Origin: Balanoglossus misakiensis
Taxonomy: Eukaryota > Animalia > Hemichordata
Length of the DNA: 64,000 nt
Direction: 5' to 3'
Assembly (NCBI GenBank): GCA_040954595.2
Contig: CM082581.2
Location: 310,001 to 374,000, forward strand
Positions 47,601 through 61,540 of the stretch are shown piece by piece. The notes under the pieces are model-generated. The model had not been told where the DNA came from and searched no databases. It saw only the letters and a list, made by a program, of their open reading frames with translations. Both the position numbers and the translations under genes were made by a program. Each line of letters begins with the position of its first letter. Within the stretch, counting starts at the first letter, position 1.

Positions 47601-50600
47601 TTATCCCATGAAATATCAAGATTATATCTATGTTTAGTGCTGATATAGTGTTAAGTAGGTCAAAGGTCACCCACAATTTTGGCAGAAAATTTTGACCCAT
47701 AGTGGTCCATGTCCAACAAAAACCAGACCTCTAGCCCTTTTGGTTATCCCAGAATTAGGTATGCACATAAATAATGTGTTAAGCAGGTGTCACAGGTGAC
47801 CCAAAACTTTGGCTTTTCATTATGGCCCCATACCTCCAAACACCAAGGCTGTATCTGCTGTGGATGTCGAGATATGCAAAAGTAGGTCAAAGGTCACCCG
47901 AGGTCACCCAACATTTGGGCAAAATATTTTGACCCCATACTGGTCCATGTATAACAAAAACAAAACCTCTAGGTCTATTGGTTCATCATTAATTAGGTAT
48001 GCGCATATTTAATGAGGTCAGCAGAGGTCAAAGCGGTCATGAAAAGTAGCAAAATTTTTTGATCACATACAAATCCACATACATCAAAAACCAAACTTAT
48101 AGCCCTATTGGTTAGCCTGGAATTAGATATGCAGAAAAATGATTCGTCAAAAGTAGGTCAAAGGTCATTGCCAAAATTACCAAAATATTTATAGCTTATT
48201 CTTGTCATATGATGATTCATATCCATCAAAAGAATTTCTGTGCTATCAATTTTTAGGCTAGAAAGGGAATTTTTACTTTTTAATCGTTTTTCACAAAATC
48301 CAATATGGCCGCCATAATCTTCGACCAATCACATTCCTCTTCGCAAACTTGATAGACATCTGTTGAATGACCACACACACAAAATCTTGTGACTCGGTTA
48401 TCGCCGGTTCTCGAGAAGAAGATTTTTGAAATTTTACTAGGGTTTTTCGAAAATCCAATATGGCCGCCACAATCTTCGACTAATCACAATGATCTTCGCA
48501 AACTTGATAGACATCAGTTAGGTGACCACATACCCCAAACCCCATGTCTCGGTTATCACCGGTTCTGGAGAAGAAGATTTTTGAAATTTAAGCCAGATTT
48601 CAGAAAAAAAATTGTAGCAAAAAAACTGCAACATTGACAGCATAATTTCCAATTACAAAAATGTTTGACAGAAGGTAGTCTACCTGCACGCCAAATTTGA
48701 AGTTGATCTGACTTGTAGTTTCTGAGACCTGAGATTTGCATTTTTTCATAAAATCCAAGATGGCCGCCAGGTCATGTGACTAATTAAAAATTCATGGGTT
48801 CAATGCACGACTACTCATTGACCTTGACCACTGTAGCAAGTTTGAGAACTGTACCTGCAGTGGTGTCTGAGATCTAGAACGACAAAGAAATGACAGAAGA
48901 ATAAAGAAAGAAAGAAAGAAAGAAAGATTAAAGCTGCAAGCAGCATTGTCCGGGCCCAAGCTCTATTATCTGATCTGATGCTGATATAGTGTTAAGTAGG
49001 TCAAAGGTCACCCGAGGTCACCCAACATTTGGGCAAAATATTTTGACCCCATACTTGTCCATGTATAACAAAAACAAAACCTCTAGGTCTATTGGTTCAT
49101 CTGTAATTAGGTATGTGCATATTTAATGAGGTCAGCAGAGGTCAAAGGGGTCATGAAAAGTAGCAAAATTTTTTGATCACATACGAATCCACATACATCA
49201 AAAACCAAAATGATAGCCTTAAAGGTTAGCCTGGAATTAGATATGCAGAAAAATGATGCGTCAAAAGTAGGTCAAAGGTCATTGCCAAAATTACCAAAAT
49301 ATTTATAGCTTATTCTTGGCATATGATGATTCATATCCATACAAAGAATTTCTGTGCTATCAATTTTTAGGCTAGAAAGGGAATTTTTACTTTTTAATCG
49401 TTTTTCACAAAATCCAATATGGCCGCCATAATCTTCGACCAATCACATTCCCCTTCGCAAACTTAATAGACATCTGTTTAATGACCACACACACCAAATC
49501 TTGTGACTCGGTTATCGCCCGTTCTGGAGAAGAAGATTTTTGAAGTTTTACTATGGTTTTTCGAAAATCCAATATGGCCGCCATAATCTTCGACCAATCA
49601 CAATGATCTTCGCAAACTTGATAGACATCTGTTAGGTGACCACATACCCCAAACGGCGTGACTCGGTTATCGCTGGTTCTGGAGAAGAAGATTTTTGAAA
49701 TTTAAGCCAGATTTCAGAAAAAAAATTGTAGCAAAAAAACTGCAACATTGTCAGCATAATTTCCAATTACAAAAATGATGGGCAGAAGGTAGTCTACCAG
49801 CATGCCAAATTTGAAGTTGATCTGACTTGTAGTTTCTGAGATCTGAGATTTGCATTTTTTTAGAAAATCCAAGATGGCCGCCAGGTCACGTGACTAATTA
49901 AAAATTCACAGGTTCAATGCACGACTACTCATTGACCTTGACCACTGTAGCAAGTTTCAGAAGTGTACCTGCAGCGGTGTCTGAGATCTAGAGCGACAAA
50001 GAATTGACACAAGAATAAAGAAAGAAAGAAAGAAAGAAGAAAGAAGGAAAGACAGAAAAACCCCAACGAAACCAATAGGGCCCAAGCGCTGGTATGCGCT
50101 TGGGCCCTAAAAAACCCCAACGAAACCAATAGGGCCCAAGCGCTGGTATGCGCTTGGGCCCTAAAAAACCCCAACGAAACCAATAGGGCCCAAGCGCTGG
50201 TATGCGCTTGGGCCCTAATTAAAGCTGCGAGCAGCATTGTCGGGCCCAAGCGCTGCTCTCGAATTATATATGCACAGTATGAATGTGAAGAAACAGAATT
50301 TTCTATCGGGTGTATTATCTCATGACATAACAAGGACGTATGTATTTTTGCTGCTGAAATAGGGTGAAGTAGGTCAAAGGACACCTGAGGTCACCCAACA
50401 TTTGGGCAATTTTTTTTGACCCATACTGGTCCATGTCAAACAAAAACTAAAACTCTAGCTCTATTGGTTCGCCTGTAATTAGGTATGTGCATATTTAATG
50501 AGGTCAGCAGGTGTCACAGGTGACCCAAAAATGTGGCTGTACATTTTTGCCCCATCCTGCCAAATGCCAAGGCTGTATCTGCTCTGGATGCTGAGATATG

Positions 50601-53600
50601 CGAAAGTGGGTCTAAGGTCACCTGAGGTCACCAAACATTTGGGCAAAATTTTTTGACCCATACTGGTCCATGTCAAACAAAAACTAAAACTCTAGCTCTA
50701 TTGGTTCGCCTGTAATTAGGTATGTGCATATTTAATGAGGTCAGCAGGTGTCACAGGTGACCCAAAAATGTGGCTGTACATTTTGGCCCCATCCTGCCAA
50801 ATGCCAAGGCTGTATCTGCTCTGGATGCTGAGATATGCGAAAGTAGGTCAAAGGTGACCAGAGGTCACCCAACATTTGGGCAAAAAATTTTGTTCCCATA
50901 GTGGTCCATGTCCAACAAAAACCAAATCTCTAGCTCTATTGGTTCGCCTGTAATTAGCTATGTGCATAATTAATGAGGTCAGCAGAGGTCAAAGGGGTCA
51001 TGAAAAGTAGCAAAATATTTTGATCACACACTAATCCACATGCATCAAAAACCAAACGTCTAGCCCTATAGGTTAGCCTGGAAATAGATATGCAGAAATA
51101 ATAACGTGTGAAAAGTAGGTCAAAGGTCATGTGAAAAATCGCCAAAAAATTGTAACATAATTTAGTCACATGACGATTGATATCCATAAAAAGAGTTTGT
51201 ATGCTATCAATTTTTACACTAGGAAAAGGAATTTCAATTTTTCACTGCTTTTTACATAATCCAATATGGCCGCCATAATCTTCGACCAATCACAATGTTC
51301 TTTGCAAACTTGATAGACATCAGTGAAGTGACCAAACTCCCCGAATCTTGCGACTCAGTTATCGCCCGTTCTGGAGAAGAAGATTTTTTGAGTTTTACTA
51401 TGGTTTTTCGAAAATCCAATATGGCCGCCATAATCTTCGACCAATCACAATGATCTTCGCAAACTTGATAGACATCAGTTAGGTGACCACATACACCAAA
51501 CCCCGTGTCTCGGTTATCACCGGTTCTGGAGAAGAAGATTTTTGAAATTTTGACCAGATTTAAGAAAAAAAATTGTGGCAAAAAAACTGCAACATTGACA
51601 GCATAATTTCCAATTACAAAAATGATGGGCAGAAGGTAGTCTACCTGCACGCCAAATTTGAAGTCGATCTGACTTGTAGTTTCTGAGATCTGAGATTTGC
51701 ATTTTTTCAGAAAATCCAAGATGGCCGCCAGGTCATGTGACTAATTAAAAATTCAAGGGTTCAATGCACGACTACTCATTGACCTTGACCACTGTAGCAA
51801 GTTTCAGAAGTGTACCTGCAGTGGTCTCTGAGATCTAGAGCGACAAAGAATTGACACAAGAATAAAGAAAGAAAGAAGAAAGAAAGACAGAATTAAAGCT
51901 GCAAGCAGCATTGTCCGGGCCCAAGCTCTATTATCTGATCTGCACATAATTAATGAGTAGAAACATAATGCTGTGTTTTATCCCATGACATATCAAGGTT
52001 ATATCTATGTTTGGTGCTGATATTGTGTTAAGTAGGTCAAAGGTCATCTGAGGTGACCCAAAATTTGGGCAGAAAATTTTGACCCATAGTGGTCCATGTC
52101 CAACAACAACCAGACCTCTAGCCCTTTTGGTTAGCCCGGAATTAGGTATGCACATAAATAATAAGTTAAGCAGGTGTCATAGGTGACCCAAAACTTTGGC
52201 TTTTCATTATGGCCCCATACCTCCAAACGCCAAGGCTGTATCTGCTGTGGATGTCGAGATATGCAAAAGTAGGTCAAAGGTCATCTGAGGTCATCCAAAA
52301 TTTGGGCGAAAAATTTTGACCCATAGTGGTCCATGTCCAACAAAAACCAGACCTCTAGCCCTTTTGGTAAGCCCAGAATTAGGTATGCACATAAATAATG
52401 AGTAAAGCAGGTGTCACAGGTGACCCAAAACTTTGGCTTTTCATTATGGCCCCATACCTTCAAACGCCAAGGCTGTATCTGCTGTGGATGTCGAGATATG
52501 CAAAAGTAGGTCAAAGGTCACCCGAGGTCACCCAACATTTGGGCAGAAAATTTTGACCCATAGTGGTCCATGTCCAACAAAAACCAGAACTCTAGCCATT
52601 TTGGTTAGCCCGGAATTAGGTATTCACATAAATAATGAGTAAAGCAGGTGTCACAGGTGACCCAAAACTTTGGCTTTTCATTATGGCCCCATACCTCCAA
52701 ACGCCAAGGCTGTATCTGGTGTGGATGTCGAGATATGCAAAAGTAGGTCAAAGGTCACCCGAGGTCACCCAACATTTGGGCAAAATATTTTGACCCCATA
52801 CTGGTCCATGTATAACAAAAACAAAACCTCTAGGTCTATTGGTTCATCTGTAATTAGGTATATGCATATTTAATGAGGTCAGCAGAGGTCAAAGGGGTCA
52901 TGAAAAGTAGCAAAATTTTTTGATCACATACAAATCCACATACATCAAAAACCAAACTTATAGCCCTATTGGTTAGCCTGGAATTAGATATGCAGAAAAA
53001 TGATGCGTCAAAAGTAGGTCAAAGGTCATTGCCAAAATTACCAAAATATTTATAGGTTATTCTTGTCATATGATGATTCATATCCATAAAAAGAATTTCT
53101 GTGCTATCAATTTTTAGGCTAGAAAGGGAATTTTTACTTTTTAATCGTTTTTCAAAAAATCCAATATGGCCGCCATAATCTTCGACCAATCACATTCCTC
53201 TTCGCAAACTTGATAGACATCTGTTGAATGACCACACACACAAAATCTTGTGACTCGGTTATCGCCGGTTCTCGAGAAGAAGATTTTTGAAATTTTAATA
53301 GGGTTTTTTGAAAATCCAATATGGCCGCCATAATCTTCGACCAATCACAATGATCTTCGCAAACTTGATAGACATCAGTTAGGTGACCACATACCCCAAA
53401 CCCCGTGTCTCGGTTATCACCGGTTCTGGAGAAGAAGATTTTTGAAATTTAAGCCAGATTTCAGAAAAAAAATTGTAGCAAAAAAACTGCAACATTGACA
53501 GCATAATTTCCAATTACAAAAATGTTTGACAGAAGGTAGTCTACCTGCACGCCAAATTTGAAGTTGATCTGACTTGTAGTTTCTGAGATCTGAGATTTGC

Positions 53601-56600
53601 ATTTTTTCAGAAGATCCAAGATGGCCGCCAGGTCATGTGACTAATTAAAAATTCATGGGTTCAATGCACGACTACTCATTGACCTTGACCACTGTAGCAA
53701 GTTTGAGAACTGTACCTGCAGTGGTGTCTGAGATCTAGAACGACAAAGAAATGACAGAAGAATAAAGAAAGAAAGAAAGACAGATTAAAGCTGCAAGCAG
53801 CATTGTCCGGGCCCAAGCTCTATTATCTGATCAGATTATTAGATATGCACATAATTAATGAGTAGAAACATAATGCTATGTTTTATCCCATGAAATATCA
53901 AGGTTATATCTATGTTTGGTGTTGATATAGTGTTAAGTAGGTCAAAGGTCACCCAGAGGTCACCCACAATTTGGGCAGACAATTTTGACCAGTAGTGGTC
54001 CATGTCCAACAAAAACCAGACCTCTAGCCCTTTTGGTTAGCCCGGAATTAGGTATGCACATAAATAATGAGTTAAGCAGGTGTCACTGGTGACCCAAAAC
54101 TTTGGCTTTTCAGTATGGCCCCATACCTCCAAATGCCAAGGCTGTACCTGCTTTGGATGCCGAGATATGCAAAAGTACGTCAAAGGTCATCTGAGGTCAT
54201 CCAAAATTTGGGCAGAAAATTTTGACCCATAGTGGTCCATGTCCAACAAAAACCAGACCTCTAGCCCTTTTGGTTAGCCTAGAATTAGGTATGCACATAA
54301 TTAATGAGTTAAGCAGGTGTCACAGGTGACCCAAAACGTTGGCTTTTCATTATGGCCCCATACCTCCAAACGCCAAGGCTGTATCTGCTGTGGATGTCGA
54401 GATATGCAAAAGTAGGTCAAAGGTCACCCGAGGTCACCCAACATTTGGGCAAAATATTTTGACCCAATACTGGTCCATGTCCAACAAAAACCAAACCTCT
54501 AGGTCCATTGGTTCATCTGTAATTAGGTATGTGCATATTTAATGAGGTCAGGAGAGGTCAAAGGGGTCATGAAAAGTAGCAAAATTTTTGGATCACATAC
54601 AAATCCACATACATCAAAAACCAAACTTATAGCCCTATTGGTTAGCCTAGAATTAGATATGCAGAAAAATCATGCGTCAAAAGTAGGTCAAAGGTCATTG
54701 CCAAAATTACCAAAATATTTATAGCTTATTCTTGGCATATGATGATTCATATCCGTAAAAAGAATTTCTGTGCTATCAATTTTTAGGCTAGAAAGGGAAT
54801 TTTTACTTTTTAATAGTTTTTCACAAAATCCAATATGGCCGCCATAATCTTCGACCAATCACATTCCCCTTCGCAAACTTGATAGACATATGTTTAATGA
54901 CCACACACACCAAATCTTGTGACTCAGTTATCGCCGGTTCTTGAGAAGAAGATTTTTGAAATTTTACTAGGTTTTTTTTTAAATCCAATATGGCCGCCAT
55001 AATCTTCGACCAATCACAATGATCTTCGCAAACTTGAAAGACCTCAGCTTGGTGAACACATACCCCAAACCGCGTGACTCGGTTATCGCCGGTTCTGGAG
55101 AAGAAGATTTTTGAAATTTTGACCAGATTTCAGAAAAACAACTGTAGCAAAAAAATCGCAACATTGACAGCAATATATCCAATTACAAAAATGATGGGCA
55201 GAAGGTACTCTACCAGCACACCAAATCTGAAGGAAATCTGACTTGTAGTTTCTGAGATCTGAGATTTGCATTTTTTCAGAAAATCCAATATGGCCACCAT
55301 GTCACGTGACTAATTAAAAATTCAAGAGTTCAATGCACGACTACCCATTGACCTTGACCACTGTAGCAAGTTTGAGAAGTGTACCTGCAGCGGTGTCTGA
55401 GATCTAGAGCGACAAAGAAATGACAGAAGAATAAAGAAAGAAAGAAAGAAAGAAGGAAAGACAGAAAAACCCCAACGAAACCAATAGGGCCCAAGCGCTG
55501 GCTTGCGCTTGGGCCCTAAAAAACCCCAACGAAACCAATAGGGCCCGAGCGCTGGTATGCGCTTGGGCCCTAATTAAAGCTGCAAGCAGCATTGTCGGGC
55601 CCAAGCGCTGATCCGGTATTATATATGCACAGTATGAATGAGAAGAAACAGAATGCTCTATCAGGTGTTTTATCTCATGACATAACAAGGACGTATGTAT
55701 TTTTCCTGCTGAAATAGAGTAAAGTAGGTCAAAGGTCACCTGAGGTCACCCAACATTTGGGCAAAATTTATTGACCCATACTGTTCCATGTCCAACAAAA
55801 ACTAAAACTCTAGTTCTATTGGTTCGCCTGTAATTAGGTATGTGCATATTTAATGAGGTCAGCAGGTGTCACAGGTGACTCAAAAATGTGGCTTTACATT
55901 TTGGTCCCATCCTGCCAAATGCCAAGGCTGTATCTGCCCTGGATGCTGAGATATGCAAGTAGGTCAAAGGTCACCAGAGGTCACCCAATATTTGGGCAAC
56001 AAATTTTGACCCCATATTGGTTCATGTCCAACAAAAACCAAACCTCTAGCTCTATTGGTTCGCCTGTAATTAGCTATGCACATAATTAATGAGGTCAGCA
56101 AAGGTCAAAGGGGTCATGAAAGTAGCAAAATATTTTGATCACACACAAATCCACATGCATCAAAAACCAAATGTCTAGCCCTATAGGTTAGCCTGGAAAT
56201 AGATATGCAGAAATAATAATGTGTGAAAAGTAGGTCAAAGGTCATGTGAAAAATCGACCAAAATTTGTAACATATTTTAGTCACATAAAGATTGATATCC
56301 ATAAAAAGAATTTGTATGCTATCAATTTTTAGACTAGAAAAAGGAATTTCAATTTTTCACTGCTTTTTACAAAATCCAATATGGCCGCCATAATCTTCGA
56401 CCAATCACAATGTTCTTTGCAAACTTGATAGACATCAGTGTAGTGACCATACTCCCCGAATCTTGCGACTCAGTCATCGCCCGTTCTGGAGAAGAAGATT
56501 TTTGGAGTTTAACTATGGTTTTTCGAAAATCCAATATGGCCGCCATAATCTTCGACCAATCACAATGATCTTCGCAAACTTGATAGACATCAGTGAGGTG

Positions 56601-59600
56601 ACCACATACCCCAAACCCCGTGTCTCGGTTATCACCGGTTCTGGAGAAGAAGATTTTTGAAATTTAAGCCAGATTTCAGAAAAAAAATTGTAGCAAAAAA
56701 ACTGCAACACTGTAGCAAAATTTCCAATTACAAAAATGATGGGTAGAAGGTAGTCTACCTGCATGCCAAATTTGAAGTCGATCTGACTTGTAGTTTCTGA
56801 GATCTGAGATTTGAATTTTTTCAGAAAATCCAATATGGCCGCCAGGTCACGTGACTAATTAAGTATTCACAAGTCACTGCACATCTACTCATAGACTTTG
56901 ACCACTGTAGCAAGTTTGAGCAGTGTACCTGCAGTAGTTTCAGAGATTTAGTTGGCCGAAGAATTGACACAAGAATAAAGAAAGAAAGCCGGAAAGAAAA
57001 ATTCCAACGAAACCAATAGGGCCCAAGCGCTTGCTTGCGCTTGGGCCCTAAAAACCCCAACGAAACCAATAGGGCCCAAGCGCTTGCTTGCGCTTGGGCC
57101 CTAAATATAGCTGCAAGCAGCAATAGCGGGCCCAAGCCAACATAGCACATAGCAACATAGCAATAAGCATATCTGCTCTGGATGCCAAGATATGGTAAAG
57201 TAGGTCAAAGGTCACCTGAGTTCATGCAAAATTTGGGCAAGAAATTTTGACCCTATACTGGTCCATGATCAACAACAACCAAACCTATAACCCTATTGGT
57301 TAGCCTGGAATTAGGTATGCACATAATTAATGAGGTAGGCAGGTGTCACAGGTGACCCCCATTTTGGCTTTTCAACTTTAGTCCCAACCCTCCAAACGCC
57401 AAGTCTGTACCTGCTCTGTATGCCGAGATATAGGAAAGTAGGTCAAAGGTCACCTGAGGTCACCCACAATTTGGGCAAGAAATTTTGACCCTATACTGGT
57501 CCATGTCCCACAAGAACGAAACCTCTAGCCCTCTTAGTTAGCCCATAATTAGGTATGCACATAATTAATGAGTTAAGCAGGTGTTACAGGTGAGCCTAAA
57601 ATTTTGCCTTTTATTTTGGTGCCATTGTGCTCACTGACCAATAGACAGTCACTGTACAGGACTATTGCACAGACCAGAATTCCACAATAAGACATGGACA
57701 TACCTTAACCATAGAGGTATAGTATAAGTAAAGGTATAAATTTAATAAAGAAATTAATATAAAAAAATCGGTCGATTTTTCATATTATTTTATTTCGCTA
57801 AAAATTATTGACAAATGCTAGGCTAGCTGCACACCAAAGTTGGAGATGATCGGCCTAACAGATTTTGAGATATGTATGCATATTTATCCAAAGTAATATG
57901 TGGTCATAGCTTTACTATGTAAAGTATACGCCGATGGCTTGGGCGAAAAATATGAAAAATAATACTTAAAAATCTTCTTCTCAAATATGACATGGCCTAT
58001 GGCCTTGACATTTGGCATGTACAACCCTGGCCATATGGCCCACAAAGTATCTTAACAGAATTTTGATATCTCCATTCATATGCAAATTAGGCCTATTTGA
58101 AAATTTTGCCCATATATGGTCATCAGGTCACGTGACTAATTAAACATTCACAAGGGTACTGCACCAGCTCTCATTGGCCTGCACCACTGTGCCAAGTTTG
58201 AAATTGATAGGTTTAGCCGTTTTCCAGATCTAGCTGGCCGAAAAAACTACACAAGAAAAAAAAGAAGTAGAAGAATATAGCTGCAAGCAGCAATGGCGGG
58301 CCCAAGCCAACATAGCACATAGCAACATAGCAATAAGCATATCTGCTCTGGATGCCAAGATACGGTAAAGTAGGTCAAAGGTCACCTGAGGTCATGCAAA
58401 ATTTATTTGAGAAATTTTGACCCTATACTGGTCAATGTTCAACAAAAACCAAAACTATAGCCCTATTGGTTAGCCTGGAATTAGGTATGCACATAATTAA
58501 TGAGATATGCAGGTGTCACAGGTGACCCCTATTTTGGCTTTTCAACTTTAGTCCCAACCCTCCAAACGCCAAGTCTGTACCTGCTCTGGATGCCGAGATA
58601 TAGGAAAGTAGGTCAAAGGTCACCTGAGGTCACCCCAAATTTGGACAAGAAATTTTGACCCTATACTGGTCCATGTCCCACAAGAACGAAACCTCTAGCC
58701 CTCTTAGTTAGCCCAGAATTAGGTATGCACATAATTAATGAGTTAAGCAGGTGTTACAGGTGAGCCTAAAATTCTGCCTTTTATTTTGGTGCCATTGTGC
58801 TCACTGACCAATAGACACTCACTGTACAGGACTATTGCACTGACCAGAATTCCACAATAAGACATGGACATAGAGGTATAAGTAAAGGTATAAATTTATT
58901 TAAAAAATTAATATAAAAAAATCCGTCGATTTTTCATATTATTTTTTTTCGCTTAAAATTATTGACAAATGCTAGTCTAGCTGCACACCAAAGTTGGAGA
59001 TGATTGGCCTGCCAGATTTTGAGATATGTATGCATATTTATCCAAAATAATATGTGGTCATAGCTTTACTATGGAAAGTATAGGCCCATGGCTTGGTCAA
59101 AAAATATGAAAAATAATACTTAAAAATCTTCTTCTCAAAATTGGCATGGCCAATGGCCTTGACATTTGGCAAGTAGGACACTGACCACATGGTCCGCAAA
59201 AGTTGCTAAAAGAATTTTGATATCTCCATTCATATGCAAATAAGGCCGATTTGGAAATTTTGCCCATATATGGTCATCAGGTCACATGACCAATTACACA
59301 TTCACAAGGGTACTGCACGAGCTCTCATAGGCCTGCACCATTGTGCCAAATGTGAGATTTGTAGGTTCAGCCGTTTTCACGATCTAGCTGGACAAAAAAA
59401 CGACACAAGAAGAAGAAGAAGAAGAAGAAGAAGTAGAAGAAAAACCCCAGTAATACCAATAGGGCCCAAGCCTGCTGGGCTTGGGCCCTAAATATAGCTG
59501 CAAGCAGCAATAGCGGGCCCAAGCCAACATAGCACATAGCACATAGCAACATAGCAATAAGCATATCTGCCCTGGATGCCAAGATATGGTAAAGTAGGTC

Positions 59601-61031
59601 AAAGGTCACCTGAGGTCATGCAAAATTTGGGCAAGATATTTTGACCCTATACTGGTCTGTGTTCAACAAAAACAAACCTATAGCCCTATTGGTTAGCCTG
59701 GAATTAGGTATGCACATAATTAATTAGGTAGGCAGGTGTCACAGGTGATCCCCAATTTTGGCTTTTCAATTTTAGTCCCAACCCTCCAAACGTAAAGTCT
59801 GTACCTGCTCTCGATGCCAAGATCTGGTAAAGTAGGTCAAAGGTCACCTGAGGTCATGCAAAAATTGTGCAAGAAATCTTTACCCTATACTGGTCCATGT
59901 TCAACAAAAACCAAACCTATAGCCCTATTGGTTACCCTGGAATTAGGTATGCACATAATTAATGAGATATGCAGGTGTCACAGGTGACCCCCAATTTGGC
60001 TTTTCAATTTTAGTCCCAACCCTCCAAACGCCAAGTCTGTACCTGCTCTGGATGCCGCGATAAAGGAAAGTAGGTCAAAGGTCACCTGAGGTCACCCAAA
60101 ATTTGGGCAAGAAATTTTGACCCTATACTGGTCCATGTCCCACAAGAACGAAACCTCTAGCCCTCTTAGTTAGCCCAGAATTAGGTATGCACATAATAAA
60201 TGAGTTAAGCAGGTGTTACAGGTGAGCCTAAAATTGTGCCTTTTATTTTGGTGCCATTGTGCTCACACACCAACAGACAGTCACTGTACAGGACTATTGC
60301 ACAGACCAGAATTCCACAATAAGACATGGACATAGCTTAACCATAGAGGTATAAGTAAAGGTATAAATTTAATAAAAAAATTAATATAAAAAAATCGGTC
60401 GATTTTCATAGTATTTTTTTTTCGCTTAAAATTATTGACAAATGCTAGGCTAGCTGCACACCAAAGTTGGAGATGATCGGCCCTAACAGATTTTGAGATA
60501 TGTATGCATATTTATCCAAAATAATATGTTGTCATAGCTTTACTATGTAAAGTATAGGCACATGGCTTGGGCGAAAAATATGAAAAATAATACTTAAAAA
60601 TCTTCTTCTCAATATTGACATGGCCTATGGCCTTGACATTTGGCATGTAGAACCCTTGCCATATGGCCCACAAAGTATCTTAACAGAATTTTGATATCTC
60701 CATTCATATGCAAATTAGGCCGATTTGAAAATTTTGCCCATATATGGTCATCAGGTCACGTGACTAATAAAACATTCACAAGGGTACTGCACAAGCTCTC
60801 ATTGGCCTGCACCATTGTGCCAAGTTTGAAATTGGTAGGTTAAGCCGTTTTCCAGATCTAGCTGGCCGAAAAAACGACAGAAGAAGAAAAAGAAAAACTC
60901 CAGGTACCTGCTGGGCTTGGGCCCTAAAAAACCAGGATAATACCAATAGGGCCCAAGCGCTGCATGCGCTTGGGCCCTAAAAATTCCAACAATACCAATA
61001 GGGGCACAAGCCCGATAGGCTTTTGCCCCTA
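44625..61031 (-). mobile_element. Stack of 11 nested Helentron-type non-autonomous elements (HINE/DINE-like)
   Basis: Each unit on the minus strand has a 5' hairpin TAGGGCCCAAGC..GCTTGGGCCCTA, a (TTC)/(TTTC) microsatellite, central tandem repeats, a subterminal GCTTGGGCCC, and a 3' stem-loop GCTGCTTGCAGC. No TSD, inserted in TT. Copy 1 has the empty site aaatataattaattg (~20260-20274). Confidence 0.82.
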
Positions 61032-61540
61032 ATTAATGGAATAAGGGGCAGCGAGCGGGAGAGAGAGCCTGTATCCCTTAAAGGACATGTTGTGTGATCC
61101 CAGAGGTGCCCTTACTAGGCAGGTTTCAATGTACTTCACACGTGAGTTGTACTTTACTGTCGGTATGGAATCATTTCCTGGTTGACATGGTGAGCTTTAC
61201 ATACAGATAAACCACCTCAAAAAGTGGGGGCTATAACTAGAGAATGATCTTTAACCTCAGAATTTTACCATAATTACCTTGAGTATCGTAAACTCTTCAT
61301 ATCGTCAAATAACTGCAATGCAGTACTCAGACCTTCAGAAATCATACTGTATTTCTCACCTGCTCCTGACAAAAATCTGAAATACAACACAGTACAATTA
61401 TTTAACAAAAGGTGTATGTAAACAATGTCTACTCCGATTGTAGACAGATTTTGCTAAACATTTTATGAAACATTTAAAGGTAGGAACCTCTAATAAAAGC
61501 CAGTGAGTCAAAGGACAAAACTGAGACAATGTCCCTTTAA

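Larger units (their letters stand above)
38383..61376 (-). pseudogene. MED25: MED25-like partial or decayed gene, copy 2
   Basis: Exons 61278-61376 ([27 protein letters not shown]), ~43197-43382, ~42459-42712, 41930-42026, 40565-40705, 39047-39215 and 38383-38490. The acceptor AG of the ACID exon is mutated to AT (38491-38492). Confidence 0.8.

Noticed and set aside
50056-50217. Triple palindromic 54-bp repeat as CRISPR or terminators; ORF 49929-50384
   Set aside because: No spacers. These are stacked 5' ends of nested elements, and the ORF simply translates the repeat.
44800-60850. Many repeated short ORFs (MQISDLRNYK.., MAFHYGPIPP..)
   Set aside because: They recur only because the non-coding repeat recurs, have variable stops and show no domain motifs.
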